Source: Cyanophora paradoxa CCMP329
Taxonomy: Eukaryota > Plantae > Glaucophyta
Assembly (NCBI GenBank): GCA_004431415.1
Contig: QPMI01000081.1
Coordinates: forward strand, 22,346 to 86,345
DNA length: 64,000 nt
Direction of reading: 5' to 3'
Notes under the pieces: generated by a model
Database searches by the model: none
What the model was told of the DNA's origin: nothing
What the model saw: only the letters and a program-made list of their open reading frames with translations
Made by a program: the position numbers and the translations under genes
Shown here: positions 63,916 to 64,000 of the stretch, one piece after another
How positions within the stretch are numbered: the first letter of the stretch is position 1
How the letters are laid out: the number at the start of each line of letters is the position of its first letter

Positions 63916-64000
63916 CTAGAGGCGGGGCTCGAAGGAGGCGACGAAGACGTCGCCGTCGGCGGAGAAGTCGGCGGGGCGCCAGTCCTCCCCCAGCAGCCAC
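63916..64000 (-). CDS. 3' end of a gene entering from beyond the window
   Basis: Host-like codon usage, WLLGEDWRPADFSADGDVFVASFEPRL-TAG. Confidence 0.45.
   Translation of the reverse strand, partial: WLLGEDWRPADFSADGDVFVASFEPRL

Overview
GC-rich eukaryotic genomic DNA, protist or alga-like, with many short GT-AG and GC-AG introns. The raw six-frame ORFs are mostly uninformative, so the gene models below are my manual exon joins. The window holds about 11-13 compact genes, including HACD/PHS1 dehydratase, a CFAP410-like LRR protein, an SLC25 carrier, an Mpv17/PMP22 protein, a PHTF-like membrane protein and several unknowns. The best candidate for an undescribed system is an NLR-like STAND gene (helical N-terminus, NACHT, pentapeptide repeats, 14 WD40 repeats) in which each WD40 module is its own phase-0 exon, mostly exactly 126 nt. 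Mobile DNA: (1) a non-autonomous CACTA element (20625-23714, GAT TSD) that rewrites the last codons of a gene; (2) a gag-only LTR retroelement (47517-52847, AGCT TSD) whose 5' LTR and PBS are inverted and partly duplicated into a 244-bp hairpin, with tRNA-like B-boxes in the LTR; (3) a Mutator-like MITE plus a solo TIR of the same family in one disrupted gene. There is also a ~2.47-kb A-B-A-B-A tandem array. Across the window, long CTAG/AGCT-rich introns carry degenerate 'echo' copies of their neighbouring exon ends. No rRNA, intact tRNA or CRISPR array was seen.
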